Made by a program: the position numbers and the translations under genes
Assembly (NCBI RefSeq): GCF_001194135.2
Contig: NC_068981.1
Span: forward strand, 162,967,888-163,031,887
Direction of reading: 5' to 3'
Length of the DNA stretch: 64,000 nt
From: Octopus bimaculoides
Lineage: Eukaryota
Shown: piece after piece, positions 12,431-25,344 of the stretch
How the letters are laid out: each line of letters begins with the position of its first letter
Numbering within the stretch: the stretch's first letter is position 1
The notes under the pieces: model-generated
Databases searched by the model: none
The model's input: only the letters and a program-made list of their open reading frames with translations
Told to the model about the DNA's origin: nothing

Positions 12431-13270
12431 GAATAAGGAGGATAATTATTGGTATTCATTTTTATGATTTAGTCAAAGGAAGAAGAACAATGTTCATGAT
12501 CCCTTTTGAAGGATCTTTGTGACTGGTAGTGGTGGAATAAAAGGGGAAGAAAGTACAGTTCATATGTCTTGTTGTTTAGACCCAGGTCAGCTCTAATAGG
12601 CTAAACATATGATCAAAGGCGTTCAAGTCATGACCATCACCATGTACTTTTTGTACATGGAGGGAACCTAGGATTACATTATCCTAGGAATACATTTAAG
12701 AAAATAGAGAGTGATCTGAGGAAGATCAGACTGCTATTTCTAGAAGTTGAAGTAAACACAAAAAGGTTCTGCTTCAGGATATTCGGAAATTTCCAGATCA
12801 GAGAGCTGCTCTGGAATTTCACTCATATACTGTAACTTAGTAGTTCAGCAAAAGAAGCCAATAAAATAAGCACCAGAGTTTAAAAAAGTAAGCACTGGGG
12901 TTGATTCATTTGACTAAAGATTCTTCTTCAAGGCCGTGCCCCAACACGGCTGCAGTCTAATGACTGAAACAAGTAAAAGATAGAAGATCAAAGATACTTT
13001 GAATTGCTTTGAGGCTATGTTAATTCAACTCAGAATGAAAGCTATAATCATCTCTTTGACATGATTTGAATCCGTAATCCCAAGGGACATAATGACAATT
13101 ATTGTAAACATTAGCAAGGGAAGTATTTTGTTTGGTATTCCCTTGATTCTATCATCCACTATCCTCTGTGTACTGAGAATAATAAATTCAATTTGTTACT
13201 CACTTGGCACAGATATATGTATATAAATATATGTGTGTGTGGATATAAATGTATATATATATAAGTGTGC

Positions 13271-13334
<64 letters not shown>

Positions 13335-13873
13335 TTATCTTATGTTATTTACTTTACTTTATATTATACTCATTTATTGTGCTTTTAATTATTAATTTTT
13401 CTATATGTGATAGTGGATTTTCATCGANNNNNNNNNNATAGCCTCGCACTGACCAAAGTCTTGTGAGTGGATTCAGTAGATGGAAACTGAAAACCTACAC
13501 GACTAGGTGAAAAGCGCTTCATTTAATATGTGACATTAATAAAAATCTGTAAATGTACAAACATCCAGGTTTCTGAGTACCTTAATTAAAATTTTTTCTA
13601 TATAATTTCTGTACATCACCTCCAAACCTTCAAATATATATATATATATATAGGTATGTATATAAGTATATATTTGTGTATGCGTTTGTCCCTCCATCAT
13701 TGCTTGACACTGATATTGGTGAGTCCCTGTAATTTAGTGGTTCGGCAAAAGAGACCAATAGAATAAGAACTAGGCTTACAAAGAATAAATCTTGGGTTCA
13801 ATTTGTTCGACTAAAGGTGGCACCCCAGCATAGCTTCAGTCAAATCACTGAAACGTCATATATATATATATAT

Positions 13874-14105
13874 AAGGCGAACTGGCAGAAACGTAAGCAC
13901 ACCGGGCGAAATGCTTAGCGGTATTTCATCTTCCGCTACATTCTGAGTTCAAATTCCGCCGAGGTTGACTTTGCCTTTCATCCTTTCAGGGTCGATTAAA
14001 TAAGTACCAGTTACACACTGGAGTTGATATAATCGACTTAATCAGTTTGTCTGTCCTTGTTTGTCTCCTCTGTGTGTAGCCCCTTGTGGGCAGTAAAGAA
14101 ATATG
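13874..14105 (+). mobile_element. Nin-domain-like SINE with a third tail type (C)
   Basis: aaggcgaactggcagaaacgtaagc..ttctgagttcaaattccgccgaggttgactttgcctttcatcctttcagggtcgattaaataagtaccag, then a distinct tail ..gtagccccttgtgggcagtaaagaaata. Confidence 0.8.
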
Positions 14106-14937
14106 AAACATTATATATATGTATAAGTATATATAAGTGTTGGTGCCACATAAAAAGCACCCATGCTGGTGCTGCATAAAAGTACCTAGTACACCCTGTA
14201 AAGTGGTTGGTGTTAGGAAGGGCATCCAACCATAGAGACCATGCCAAAACAGACATGGAGCCCAAACAGCCTTTCAGCTGGTCTGCTTCTGTCAAATCAT
14301 CCAAACCATGCCAGCATGGAAAATGGACATTAAATGATAATGATCATACACACATGGGATGCAGAAATACTGAGGGTGCAGTAAGCCCAAAGGGAATGAA
14401 GAGCTCCTGGTCTTTGTCAAGGCATCTCCTCCAGGAGAAGGATAACTCATATATACAACTGGCTGCTCTACTGAACCAGATATCTTGCTCCTTGCTTGTC
14501 TCTAGGCTTCTTGGTATTGCTAGTGAGAATTGTTGTGCAAGCTACACTTGACTTAAAACTCTTGTACAGACATTGCCAATAAAAAGTCACCTTGACAGCA
14601 ATGGTCATGCTCATTTAACAAGTAGATAGCCATCACATCATATATATATATATACACACACACACACATACATGTGTGTATTTGTGTATGTATGTACAGA
14701 TGTACGTATTGTCAGCCATAAGTTTGAGTGAGGGTTCGTCAAATAAAGCAACCCCAACGCTTCACTGGTACTTTATTTTATCAACCCCTGAAGGATAAAA
14801 GACGAAGCTAACCTCAGTGGTATTTGAACTCTAGATCTCTAAATGTAATGGTTTATAACTAAATATTGCAAGGCATTTTATCAGATACTGCCAATTTTAT
14901 CTGCCAATTCTGATGATGATGATGATAATAATAATAA

Positions 14938-15392
14938 TGATTCCAAATTTTTGCCAGAAGGGCAGCTTGGGGGAGGGCATGAAGTTGATTACATCGATCC
15001 CTGTGTGTAACTGGTACTTACTTAATCGACCCCAAAAGGATGAAACGCAAAGTCGACCTTGGTGGAATTTGAACTCAAAACGCAGCGGCAGACAAAATCT
15101 GTTAAGCATTTCACCTGGCATGCTAATGATTCTGTCAGTTTGTCACCTTCATGTTGATAATAATAATAATAATAATAATCCTTTCTACGATAGGCACAAG
15201 GCCTAAAATTTTGGGAGAGAGGGCCAGTCAATTATACTGACCTCAGTATGTAAAGGATACTATTTCATTGACCCTGAAAGGATGAAAGGCAAAGTTGATC
15301 TTGGTGGAATTTGAACCCAGAATGTATAGACGGACAAAATGCTGATAAGCATTTTTCCCGGCATGCTAATGATTCTGACAGCTCACTGCCTT
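14938..15392 (-). mobile_element. Two head-to-tail Nin-domain-like SINEs (A-tail copy 15177-15392, then B-tail copy 14938-15150)
   Basis: Both carry the reverse complement of gaggtcgactttgcctttcatcctttcggggtcgataaaataagtaccag. Separated by (AAT)n. A third decayed copy lies at about 14745-14890. Confidence 0.85.
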
Positions 15393-15781
15393 GCTACCAT
15401 AATAATACTAATAATAGTAATAATACCAAAATAGCATTAACATCTACAATAACATATGCAATGAGCATAGCTACTTAGGTTGAAGTAATTCTTTTGGATA
15501 AGTAAAAAAGAAAAGAAAAAACCTACAATTCTTTAGATTCCTTGTATCAAAAAGTAGGAATAACCCTTAACTTTCATAGGGAGAGAGACTAGCCTTTTTT
15601 TTTTATCATCATTTTTACAATGGACTATTAGTTTGAAAAAGCAAAGGTTAAGATTAAAAAGACAAAATTCCTAATTATTGGTCATAAAAGACTTTATTAA
15701 ATAGCAGTCTGTGGAATAAAAGGTTCCTTTGCAAAGCAAACCTTAACTGTCTATAGAACAGCTGTGTGTGATTGTGCATAC

Positions 15782-15812
<31 letters not shown>

Positions 15813-16664
15813 TGTATGTACAAGGAGAGAAAGGAGAGAGGAAGAGAGAGAGACAGAGAAAAGAGCATCAATGTAACAATGTAATTAATGATAAATTCCA
15901 AGCACCGAACAGAGCAATGAAACTGTCTAGCAGAATGAAATTACCAATACTGATGCATACAAGTTTATAGGACGGGCGTCTCCCTATGTCAAGTTAGGTA
16001 TCTCAACATCTACAGATCATGTGGCAGTTATTGTACATATACAACCAGAAACAACACGGCCATGAAATGGTTATTGACTGCAGACTTGATTGCTTCTTTC
16101 TAGACATTAGAACATTAAAGGTATCTATAGAAGGACATTACTTGTCAAATCGGTATTGTACATGCCTTCATTTTGATTACCAAAACTACAAGAGTTGAAA
16201 GGGTCAAATTGATAGTAAACTTTCTATCCAATAGACATTATGGTAAATCACTTAAGAATATCAAATGTTATCAGAGTGATAGGTGTCTAATCAGAAGCAC
16301 TGTAAAGTGATTATGTTATGGAGGTAATTTTCATAAACGCTTACCCACACAAAGGATATAGATTAAGTTTAGAATTCTGTGCAGTACAACATCTAATGAC
16401 CTGCTGATATGTTTGCAGAGGGGAATTCACATACATATAATATAACTATCAGCTTTGTGATAGAGGTATTTCTGCAAGGATTTAAATGTGTGTGTGTGTG
16501 TGTGTGTGTGAATGTGTGCATGCATGTATGTGTGTCTATATATATATATATACATATATATGATTTTTTAAAATTAACAATTGGCATAAGTTACAAAGTG
16601 ACTTATACATAAATACAAACATACATGCATATGTAAATACACACACACATTCATTCTCCTCAGA

Positions 16665-17040
16665 GTGATGGGCAGGTTGTATGACATAAGCTGCATCATA
16701 GTAAGACATGGTTCTTGAATGCAGAGGACCCAAGAAAACTGAAAGAAGTGAAACTAGCATTGCTCTACTTGGGGTAAGGACAGGGCATAAAAGGAATCAG
16801 ATGTTGTGTACAAGAAAGAAGACTGCACTAACATATGATGTATATGGATGAAGCCAGCAGTATAAAATGTGCTAACCTCTAAATGTGGATGGAATTTGTG
16901 GAAAAGGGAGAGAATTTGGAATATATGAGATGAACTGGTGACGGCTGATCTCAGGATCTTGAACCTCAATGAGGAGATGACAAAGGATTAAGATGATTGG
17001 TGGTATGCATTTCTTGAGAAGACTCACCCACCTTGGTGAA
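16665..17040 (+). mobile_element. Decayed RTE LINE ORF2 C-terminus
   Basis: Remnants GRLYD..LHHSKTW, ERRLH..MDEASSIK and DLRILNLNEEMTKD..WWYAFLEKT match the RTE end (GRLYDACV..LHGSETW, RRLRW.GH..RMD, DL..L.LT.EMT.DR..WR.AVLEKT). Many stops and frameshifts. Confidence 0.75.
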
Positions 17041-17349
17041 ACTGAGATAATGAGAGTAAATTACATATATATATAATTTTTCTCCTTAGCTCACAACAGT
17101 ATTAGGAGCCCTGAAAAGGCTCATGGGTGCTGCCTATCCGCTTTTGATTAAACCATTAAAAAATACAGTAGTCTATCTTATGAGTCAGTTACTGCAATTG
17201 ACAATATCTACCAACAAGCAGTGAGAAAAGTAACTCTTTTTTGCAGAAACAGGTAGTCACTTACATGGACAAATAAATTATACATTATTTTGTTATCAAC
17301 TCAATGAAGCTGTCAGTTCTCATTTTGAGAATTGTCTACTCTAATTCAT

Positions 17350-17385
<36 letters not shown>

Positions 17386-18699
17386 TCAACAACAACAACA
17401 ACAATTTGTTTCTATAAATGCTAAATGATAATTTGCAAATACAATAAGCTTCCTTGACTTATCATAGTAAATACAATTACTTAAAGCATGTGTAAATCAT
17501 GCCAAACTGGAATTAATCAAAAAAGCTAAAAATGATATTTACATGGAAAATGGTATGCCAATGTATTATAACCGAAAGGCATTTAATACCTGAAAAGAAA
17601 ATAGTTATTTTCTTTGGAACTGAAGCCATATTTTTTTGCCTAGTCAAATTTCTAAATAAAATACAAAATTACACACACAAACATATTTATATAAATATAC
17701 ACACACGCATATATAAATCTGTGTATTAATACAATAGTACCTACCTACCTACCTACTGATTGTGTCATACTCCAGAAATGATATTTCAAAGAAGAAACAT
17801 TTTAATTACAGAAAAGTTTATAATTTGACCTTTGTAAAATTTGAACTCAGAATGTAAACACCCAGAATAATTGACAATGTAATTTTTCTGATGGTCTAAT
17901 GATTTTGCCAGTTTGCTGTCTTAAATAAAAATTTATATATTAATACAATATACTTCCCTACCTACTTTTTCCAGTCATCATCCAGAAATTTTATATGAAA
18001 GAAGAAATTTTCTCACAAAGAGAGTTTATATGAAAGGAATAGTCTAGTACAGAGAGACAACAGGATAATGCCAGTAGTAGGGGAGGCTGGAAGGCAAAAG
18101 TACAGAGTAAAGTGTAGTGTCAGAATGAAACAGGGGGCGCTGAGCTAAGAGAAGTTAATAACAGTGTTACCCTGTTGTCTCTCCGTACCAGACCACAACT
18201 ATATTGCCTGAGATACACCAACATATTATGAAAAGAGTGGTATTAGTTAATTTAAATGCAATATTTATGACAGCCAATACAATTTTGCTCACAAAGAAAT
18301 GCATATTAGGTGTCTTAAATATGATAAATAAAAAGTGATAGGAAGTATGAGTAAATAATACTTTAAAATTATTACTTAGAAAGTTTAATAAGTTTTTTCA
18401 TTCATTATTTTCCTACGTGTATTAAAATTTAAAGGGTAGGTACTAATGAACAAAATGAGTATTGAGCCTGCTGTCCCTACTCTTTTGCAATCTTGTGATG
18501 ATTTTGGCACTGTACATGCCTTGAGAAGGGCATTATTGGTCTAAGTACTTTGCAAAGACATTTACTGTTTTTGTGTTTATGCCCTTATGGTGTCAGATGT
18601 AACCTAATTCATTGTTAAATGTGTGTAGTACTAAATTTTGCCACAAGTAACAGGGTGACGCTTGTCAAGATATGTGAAAGAAGCAGAATTCAAAGGATT

Positions 18700-19484
18700 T
18701 ATGATAATTCTTTCAACTATAAGCACAAAGCTTGAAATTTCTGGAGAGGGGGGGGGGGCTATTCAATTACAGCAATCCTAGTGCTCAACTGGTACTTACT
18801 GAAAGGTGAAGCTGGCCTTGGTGGAATTTGAACTCAGAACATAAAGACAGAACAAATGCTATAATGCATTTTAAATGATAATGATTCTGCCAGGTTGCCA
18901 CCTTTATAATAATAATTCTTTCTAATTTTTGCACAAGGCCTGCAATTTTGAGTAGTGGGGGTTAGTCAATTACATCGATTCCAGTGCTCATCTGATACTT
19001 ATTTTATCAACTTTGGAATAATGAAAGGCAAAGTTGACTTTGGCAGAATCTGAACTTAGAATAAAAAGCCAGAAAAATGATGCTAAATATTTTGTCCAAT
19101 GTGGTAGTGATTCTGCCAGCTTGTTGCCTTAACAAGAGCACTCAGAGAGCACAAACCTCCACCAAGGCAACACCAACATCCTCTCAAAGATTAGCCAGAG
19201 GTGATTTTTAAAATGAGAATATCTGAAATAAATTTGACTGCTCTCACAAACGAGAATACTAAAAATGAACCCAACCGCTCTCAAAAATTAAGTAAAAAAC
19301 TGGAAAAATAATCCAGGATCCTTGTCTGGTACTGGATTGATCCCAAAATCTAATCAGTTCGTGCCAGTCATGAAGCCAAACATCCCTGAAAGTTTCATCC
19401 GAACCCATCCAGCTGCTCTTGAGATATCTTATCTATGGACAAACAAACAAAGAAATACAACTGAAGGCGGGGTGAGGGGTGGGT

Positions 19485-19520
<36 letters not shown>

Positions 19521-20700
19521 GTTTCAAATTTTTCCACAAGGGCAGCAATTTTGGGGGAGGGAATGAGTTAATTACATCAACCCCAGTGTTCAACTGGTAC
19601 TTATTTTATTGACCCCAAAAGAATGAAAGGCAAAGTCAACCTTGGCAGAATTTGAATTCAAAACAGAGCAATGGGTGAAATACTGTTAAGCATTTCATCC
19701 GTGCTAATGATTCTACCAGCTCACTGCCTTAACAATAATAATTAATAATAATAATAATCATTTCTACTATAAGCATAAAGCCTGAAATTTTGTTGGAGGG
19801 GATTAGTTGATGGCATCAATCCCAGTGTTTCACTGGCACTTAATTTATCAACCCCAAAAGGATGAAAGGCAAAACCCTACTTGGTGGAATTTGAACTCAG
19901 AAGGTAGTGCCAGATGAAATACTGCTAAGCATTTCGCCCAGCATGCTAATGATTCTGCCAGCTTGCCAACTACAGGCAGAGCTAGAAATGCAATTGTCAA
20001 GTAGGTAAGAGGTTTTAAACAGGAGTGATATATTCAAAATTGGTAAAACTAAAAATTATCGAGGATAAATTAAATTTATTATTGTTACTGAATATGTTAA
20101 TGGTATTTAATTTCTGAACGGTTCCACTGTCATTTGTTTATGGAGTTTGATTTCTTTATCCATCAATTTCTACTAAGACAGAGACGTGAGTAAAATTGAA
20201 CAAGTTTCATAATATTAGCATATGGCTGGAAATTTTAAAGACAGGTTTAGTTGATTATATCGGTCTGAAGTACAAGCCAGTACTGAGCTAGTCCATTCCT
20301 CTATCAACTTCCAGAAGGTTGAAAGGTAAAGTTGAAATTGGCAGGATTTGAACTTTAATAATAATAATGATTCTTTGAAATTTTGAGGGGAGGAGATAAG
20401 TCAATTACATTGACCCTTCAATAGTACTTTATTTTATCAACATCAGAAGGATAAAAGGCAAAGTTGATTCTGGTGGCATTTGAACTCAGGATCTAAAGCT
20501 GGAAGAAATACCACTAAGCATTTGGTCTGGTGTGATGACGATGATGATGATGATAATATCTAACAAAAGCACAAGGATGGAAATTTTGCAGGAGGGAATA
20601 TTGTGTTGATAATATCAGTTTCAGTACTTGATTGGTCGGCACTTGAAACTTTATCAAGCTTTAAAAGATGAAAGGCAAAGATGACTGATGGTAGTTGAAT
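18700..20700 (-). mobile_element. Dense cluster of at least 7 same-orientation Nin-domain-like SINEs
   Basis: Copies at about 18710-18905, 18915-19130, 19518-19730 (B tail), 19757-19967 (A tail), 20270-20355, 20365-20530 and 20560-20700, each with aaaggcaaagt.gac..tgg..gaatttgaact. Mostly separated by (AAT)n. Confidence 0.85.
19131..19475 (+). mobile_element. Possible Helentron-associated (DINE-1/HINE-like) non-autonomous element
   Basis: Begins after TT with aacaagagcactcagagagcacaaacctccaccaagg. Core ccctgaaagtttcatccgaacccatccagctgctcttgagatatc, then (CAAA)n. The 3' partner of the subterminal IR is only partly recognisable (ggcggggt). Confidence 0.45.
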
Positions 20701-20704
20701 TTCA

Positions 20705-21125
20705 GAATTATCATAATCCTTTTATATCCATTCTTCATGCTTTTATGGATTGGATACATCATCCTTAACTCAATATCTCACTTGTTGAGATGGTTTGATA
20801 TTTCTTTGATAATGTCCAACTCCTTAAGATCAGCATTTACTACATCTCATATCTTCCTCTTCGGCAGGTTTCTATCATATGAATTGCTTGGCAGTTTGTT
20901 ACCCAATAGTCCTTCTGCAAATGTATCACTCATTTTTACAAGTGTAATGCTCATTTGGACTCTGTTGTTCATGCACACTGACATTAAACACACCCTAAAA
21001 AAAAAAAACAGACCCGATTTTTCCCTAGCCTTTGCACATCTTTCACAATCCAAGCTCATATTTCACTTCCATGCAATATCACACTTTGTGAAACAGGTGT
21101 CATACAACCTGTCCTTTACTTGAAG
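20705..21125 (-). mobile_element. Decayed RTE LINE 3' end including the terminal tail
   Basis: Reverse complement has QVKDRLYDTC.., ..LHGSE, ..NVSVHEQQS and DLKELDIIKE remnants, then tccaatccataaaagcatgaagaatggatataaaaggattatgat, a decayed form of the ccaacccatgctagcatggaaa..gacgttaaa.gatgatga tail. The 142-aa plus-strand ORF here is its antisense shadow. Confidence 0.75.
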
Positions 21126-21857
21126 AGATAATAATGATAATAATAATAATAATAATAATAACAACAGCAATAACAATAATAAAGATACCAAAGCTTATAA
21201 TTTGCAGAAAGACACCTGTGAGACCTTTGACAACAGGTTGCTGTCCGCTCTCACAGAATTAACCAGAGTAAGATGAGAGCTCTGAGAAGTAAAATAATAA
21301 TAATAATTTTCTTTTTTCCTTCACATAACTTGACTTTGTAAATAAACAATCCAGTGTGTTTATTTTAATGGCCTATCAATGTATACAGTGAGTTTTTTTG
21401 CTCTAGGTGTTGGAAAGACACTTGTCAAAAAATGGAAGCAAAATTGGAAGAACTAATAATAATAATGATGGAAGCTGAAAAGCAAAACCCAACAACAACC
21501 TATCTGTGTCAATAATACTCCATGCTGGATGGGATGGTCACAGTTGGAACGCCTTTGATGATGATAAATGGGCTTGATCAAGACTGACATGCAGAGCAAA
21601 AAGAAAACTGCTATAATCCAACAAAGAAGTCTCTATGTGGTCGTTTGAGCTGCTAGAAATAACAGTGAGATCTCCCTTATTTGTGAAATATAGTTCTAAA
21701 TACATTAGCTTCTGGAGGGTGGGGAAGATGAGATGATCACAACTAAAAACTTCTTTGATCGTAGGACTCTCTGGTAAATGCAGGCTGAGCTGAGCAGATA
21801 AACAAGAAGAACTAAAGGAATACAAATACCAATATATACATTATATATATATATATA

Positions 21858-21967
21858 AATCGGATTGGAGCCTGGTGTAGCCATCTGGTTTCACTAGTCC
21901 TCAGTCAAATCGTCCAACCCATGCTAGTATGGAAAGTGGACATTAAACGACGATGACAATACGTACA

Positions 21968-22005
<38 letters not shown>

Positions 22006-22298
22006 GCCTGACTGGCCTTGTAGGGTTTTCGAGCGAGATCGTTGCCAGTGCCCCTGGACTGGCTCTTGTGCGGGTGGCACATAAAAGACACCATTTCGAG
22101 TATGGCCGTTTTCGTGCAGGTGACACGTAAAAGCACCCACTACACTCTCTGAGTGGTTGGCGTTAGGAAGGGCATCCAGCTGTAGAAACTCTGCCAAATT
22201 AGATTGGAGCCTGGTGTTGCCATCCGGTTTCACCAGTCCTCAGTCAAATCGTCCAACCCATGCTAGCATGGAAGGCGGACGTTAAACGATGATGATGA
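21858..22298 (+). mobile_element. 100-bp RTE tail copy (21858-21960), (TA)n, then a young RTE-tailed minisatellite element (22003-22298)
   Basis: ggagcctggtgt.gccatc.ggtttcac.agtcctcagtcaaatcgtccaacccatgctag occurs twice about 345 bp apart, separated by (TA)n and the minisatellite body. Confidence 0.85.
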
Positions 22299-22304
22299 TA
22301 TATT

Positions 22305-22604
22305 TTTTTTTGTGTGCACCCTTTTCAAGCCTAGCCAGGCTCATGGGCCCAGTTTCCCAGTTTCATGACGTATGTGTTCCACTCAGCTGGAAGGGACGCC
22401 AGTCCATCGCAGTGTTACTCAAGAAACAGGAAGAAAGCGAGAGAGAGAGAAAGTCGGGGTGAAAGAGTACAACAGGGGTCGCCACCTCATGGAGCTTTCG
22501 GTGTTTTCGCTCAATAAACACACACAACGCCTGGTCTGGGAATCGAAACTGCGATCCTCCGACCACGAGTCCGCTGCCCTAACCACTGGGCCATTGCACC
22601 TCCA
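22305..22604 (-). mobile_element. tRNA-derived SINE, tail type 2
   Basis: Same head and body as the 10880-11270 copy (A box TGGCCCAGTGG, B box GTTTCGATTCC) but a different tail: cttgagtaacactgcgatggactggcgtcccttccag..ggctaggcttgaaaagggtgcacac(A)n. Confidence 0.85.
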
Positions 22605-22641
22605 CACATATATATAAACCTATATATATATGTACCTATAC

Positions 22642-22672
<31 letters not shown>

Positions 22673-22674
22673 CC

Positions 22675-22734
<60 letters not shown>

Positions 22735-22754
22735 CATACACACACACACATACC

Positions 22755-22787
<33 letters not shown>

Positions 22788-23547
22788 AAACAAAGAAAAT
22801 CAACCCCTTACCTTGTTGCTTTGGTGTTTTCTTTTGTTAATTGCATTTACTTTCATCACATTCTAACAGTCTGTTTCAGTCAGATTTACACAATAATGTA
22901 CAACAAAGGAATAAGAAAAATAAGAACAACAAAAACAGGCTTTGTACCAATAAAACATTTTGTAATTTTGTCTTTTTAAAAGAGAAGCTAAAGAACTTGG
23001 AATTCATGTAATTAAATCTGACATAAAATAAAACCAGAATATTTCAAGAATTTTCTCTTTTGTGACACATACAATGACCAGGTTATTGACTATTGGACCA
23101 GTGTTGTGGTGTTTCTCACTCAACTCTATGTATGTATGTGTATATTAAAGATGTATATTCATATATATAGATACACACATATATACATACATACATGCAT
23201 ACATATATAATATGTGTATGTGTACACACACACAATTGAAGTCAAACCTGAAATTAACATGAAATAAGCTGGGAAGAACACTTTAATGGAAATCGCTTTT
23301 GGAAGTAGAAAAATTCGCAATTTACCTTGTTATATTATATTAGAAAGATAAAGGTTTGTAGGAGAAAGAAGAGGGTGGAGTTGTGGGGTGGTGTAGTATT
23401 GAAGAATGTATGAAAAAAAAACGAAAGAAATGTATGAAAATAGAAAAGTGTTAAGAATGGAGCTTCAGAAAAAAATTTGTGTACATCACTGAACTAAGCA
23501 AGTGAGACAATTTAGATTTAATTACACAACACACACACATGTATGAA

Positions 23548-23606
<59 letters not shown>

Positions 23607-24419
23607 TTTTACTTGTTTCAGTCATTGACTGTAGCCATGCTGGAGCATAGCTTTGAAGTGTTTTTGTCTAACAATTTGACTCCAGGACTTATTCTATCGG
23701 TCTCTTTGCCAAACCACTAAGTTATGGGGACGTAAACACACCAACACCAGTTGTCAAGCAATGATGGGAGTACAACACAGTGCTTTTTACGTGCCACCGG
23801 CACAGGGGCCAGAGGAGACTGGCAACAGCCACAATTGGTTGGTGCTTTGAAACCTTGTAAGGCGTCACCAGTGTGAAAACAGGAACAGGATTCATTAAGT
23901 CTGGCATTTTGTGGAAGGAAGGATTAGGTAGAGGGATTAGTGCAGAATCTGGGGTGGGACGTTAGACACAAAAAGGGTGATAAGGAGAGATGAGAGGGAC
24001 AGGAATGCTACAGTGGTGATGGCATGAGGCTAGCAAGTATCAAGGAGCAGGTGTCATTATAGCATTGTAGAAAAGACAGAGAAGGTAGATGTGATCTGAT
24101 GCTAATAAATTGGTAAAAAACAAAAACTACATATGTTTATTATTCTAATCAGCAGCTGTCTCTCCAATGCTGGATGAACCTGCAGTATACCAATGAAGGT
24201 ATATTTTGGTAGTTGTAGGCCCGGTCTCGCCATGCTGGCCAATTGTGTCTCAGATAGGGTGTTTTCATTAGATGATAAGCTTTGACCATTGGCACTTTGG
24301 AGAAATTTGGACTCAAAATGGGAAGACTCTAAACAGACCCGGTAAGGTATCACATCTGATGGTGTAATAGTCCCACTCATGCACTACCTTGGAAGAGGAA
24401 CAAATACTGAAAGTTCCAC

Positions 24420-24915
24420 AGTTCACCATCCTGGATTGATACTTTTTTTAAATCAACTCTGACAAGGTGAAAGGCAAAGCTGACCTTGGTAGAATTTGAA
24501 CTCAGGGTACTTGTTCACCCTGCAAAGCATTGTATCCAATGCTCTAACAACCCTGCCGATTTGCTGTATTAAATAATTCATTCATAGCAACCACTTAACA
24601 TTAAACAGAAATAAGGTTCAGCATCTGGGTGCAGGCTATGTGGATGAGTAGCTTGTTTCCTAACCATTAGCTCTTGGGTTCAACATCTAAGTGCATGACT
24701 ATGTGGATAAAAGGCGGCAAGCAGGCAGAAACGTTAGCACATTGGGCGACATGCTTAGGAGTATTTCGTCTGTCTTTATGTTCTGAGTTCAAATTCCACC
24801 AAGGTTGACTTTGCCTTTCATCCTTTCGGGGTCGATAAATTAAGTACTAGTTGCATACTGAGGTCAATCTAATTGACTGACCCCCTCCCCACCAAAAAAT
24901 TTCAAGCTAGAGTAG
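24420..24915. mobile_element. Head-to-head inverted pair of Nin-domain-like SINEs
   Basis: Minus copy at about 24420-24570 and plus copy at 24711-24915 (aaggcggcaagcaggcagaaacgttagc..gttgactttgcctttcatcctttcggggtcgataaattaagtactag). Confidence 0.8.
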
Positions 24916-25344
24916 AAAAGATTATGACTATGTGGTTAAGAAGCTTGTTTCCTAACCATTTGCTCTTGAGTTCAGTTCCACTGCATGGCACCTTGGGTGA
25001 GTCTTTTACTATCACTTTGGACCAACCAAAACCTTGGAAGTGGATTTGTTAGAGAAAACTTAGAGAAGCCCACCATACACACACACACACACGTAACTGT
25101 AATAATGAAGTCAAACCAAATAGTGATATTTTGAAATCGTTTAATACATATGTTTCCGGCTTGTGTCATATAAAATAGGAAATACATCCCTTAAATGATG
25201 TCAAAATATCACTTTTTAGTTTGACTTCATTATTACCACTAATATGACTTCATTTCAGAATAAACCAGTATCACTTATGTGGATACTCTAACAATGATTT
25301 GAAGCACAGCTTCTTAGTGTAAAGCAAAATTATATATATATTTA

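Noticed and set aside
20695-21123. 142-aa plus-strand ORF, the longest gap-free ORF with an ATG start
   Set aside because: Antisense to a decayed RTE LINE; no independent coding signal.
22812-22870. Minus-strand exon-like segment with an AAG|gtaagg donor
   Set aside because: The first AG gives stops in all three frames. Only a second AG 8 nt downstream gives an open 51-nt frame, and such donors are expected by chance.
24102-24380. 92-aa minus-strand ORF in slightly GC-richer sequence
   Set aside because: No splice signals or motif; sits among decayed repeats.
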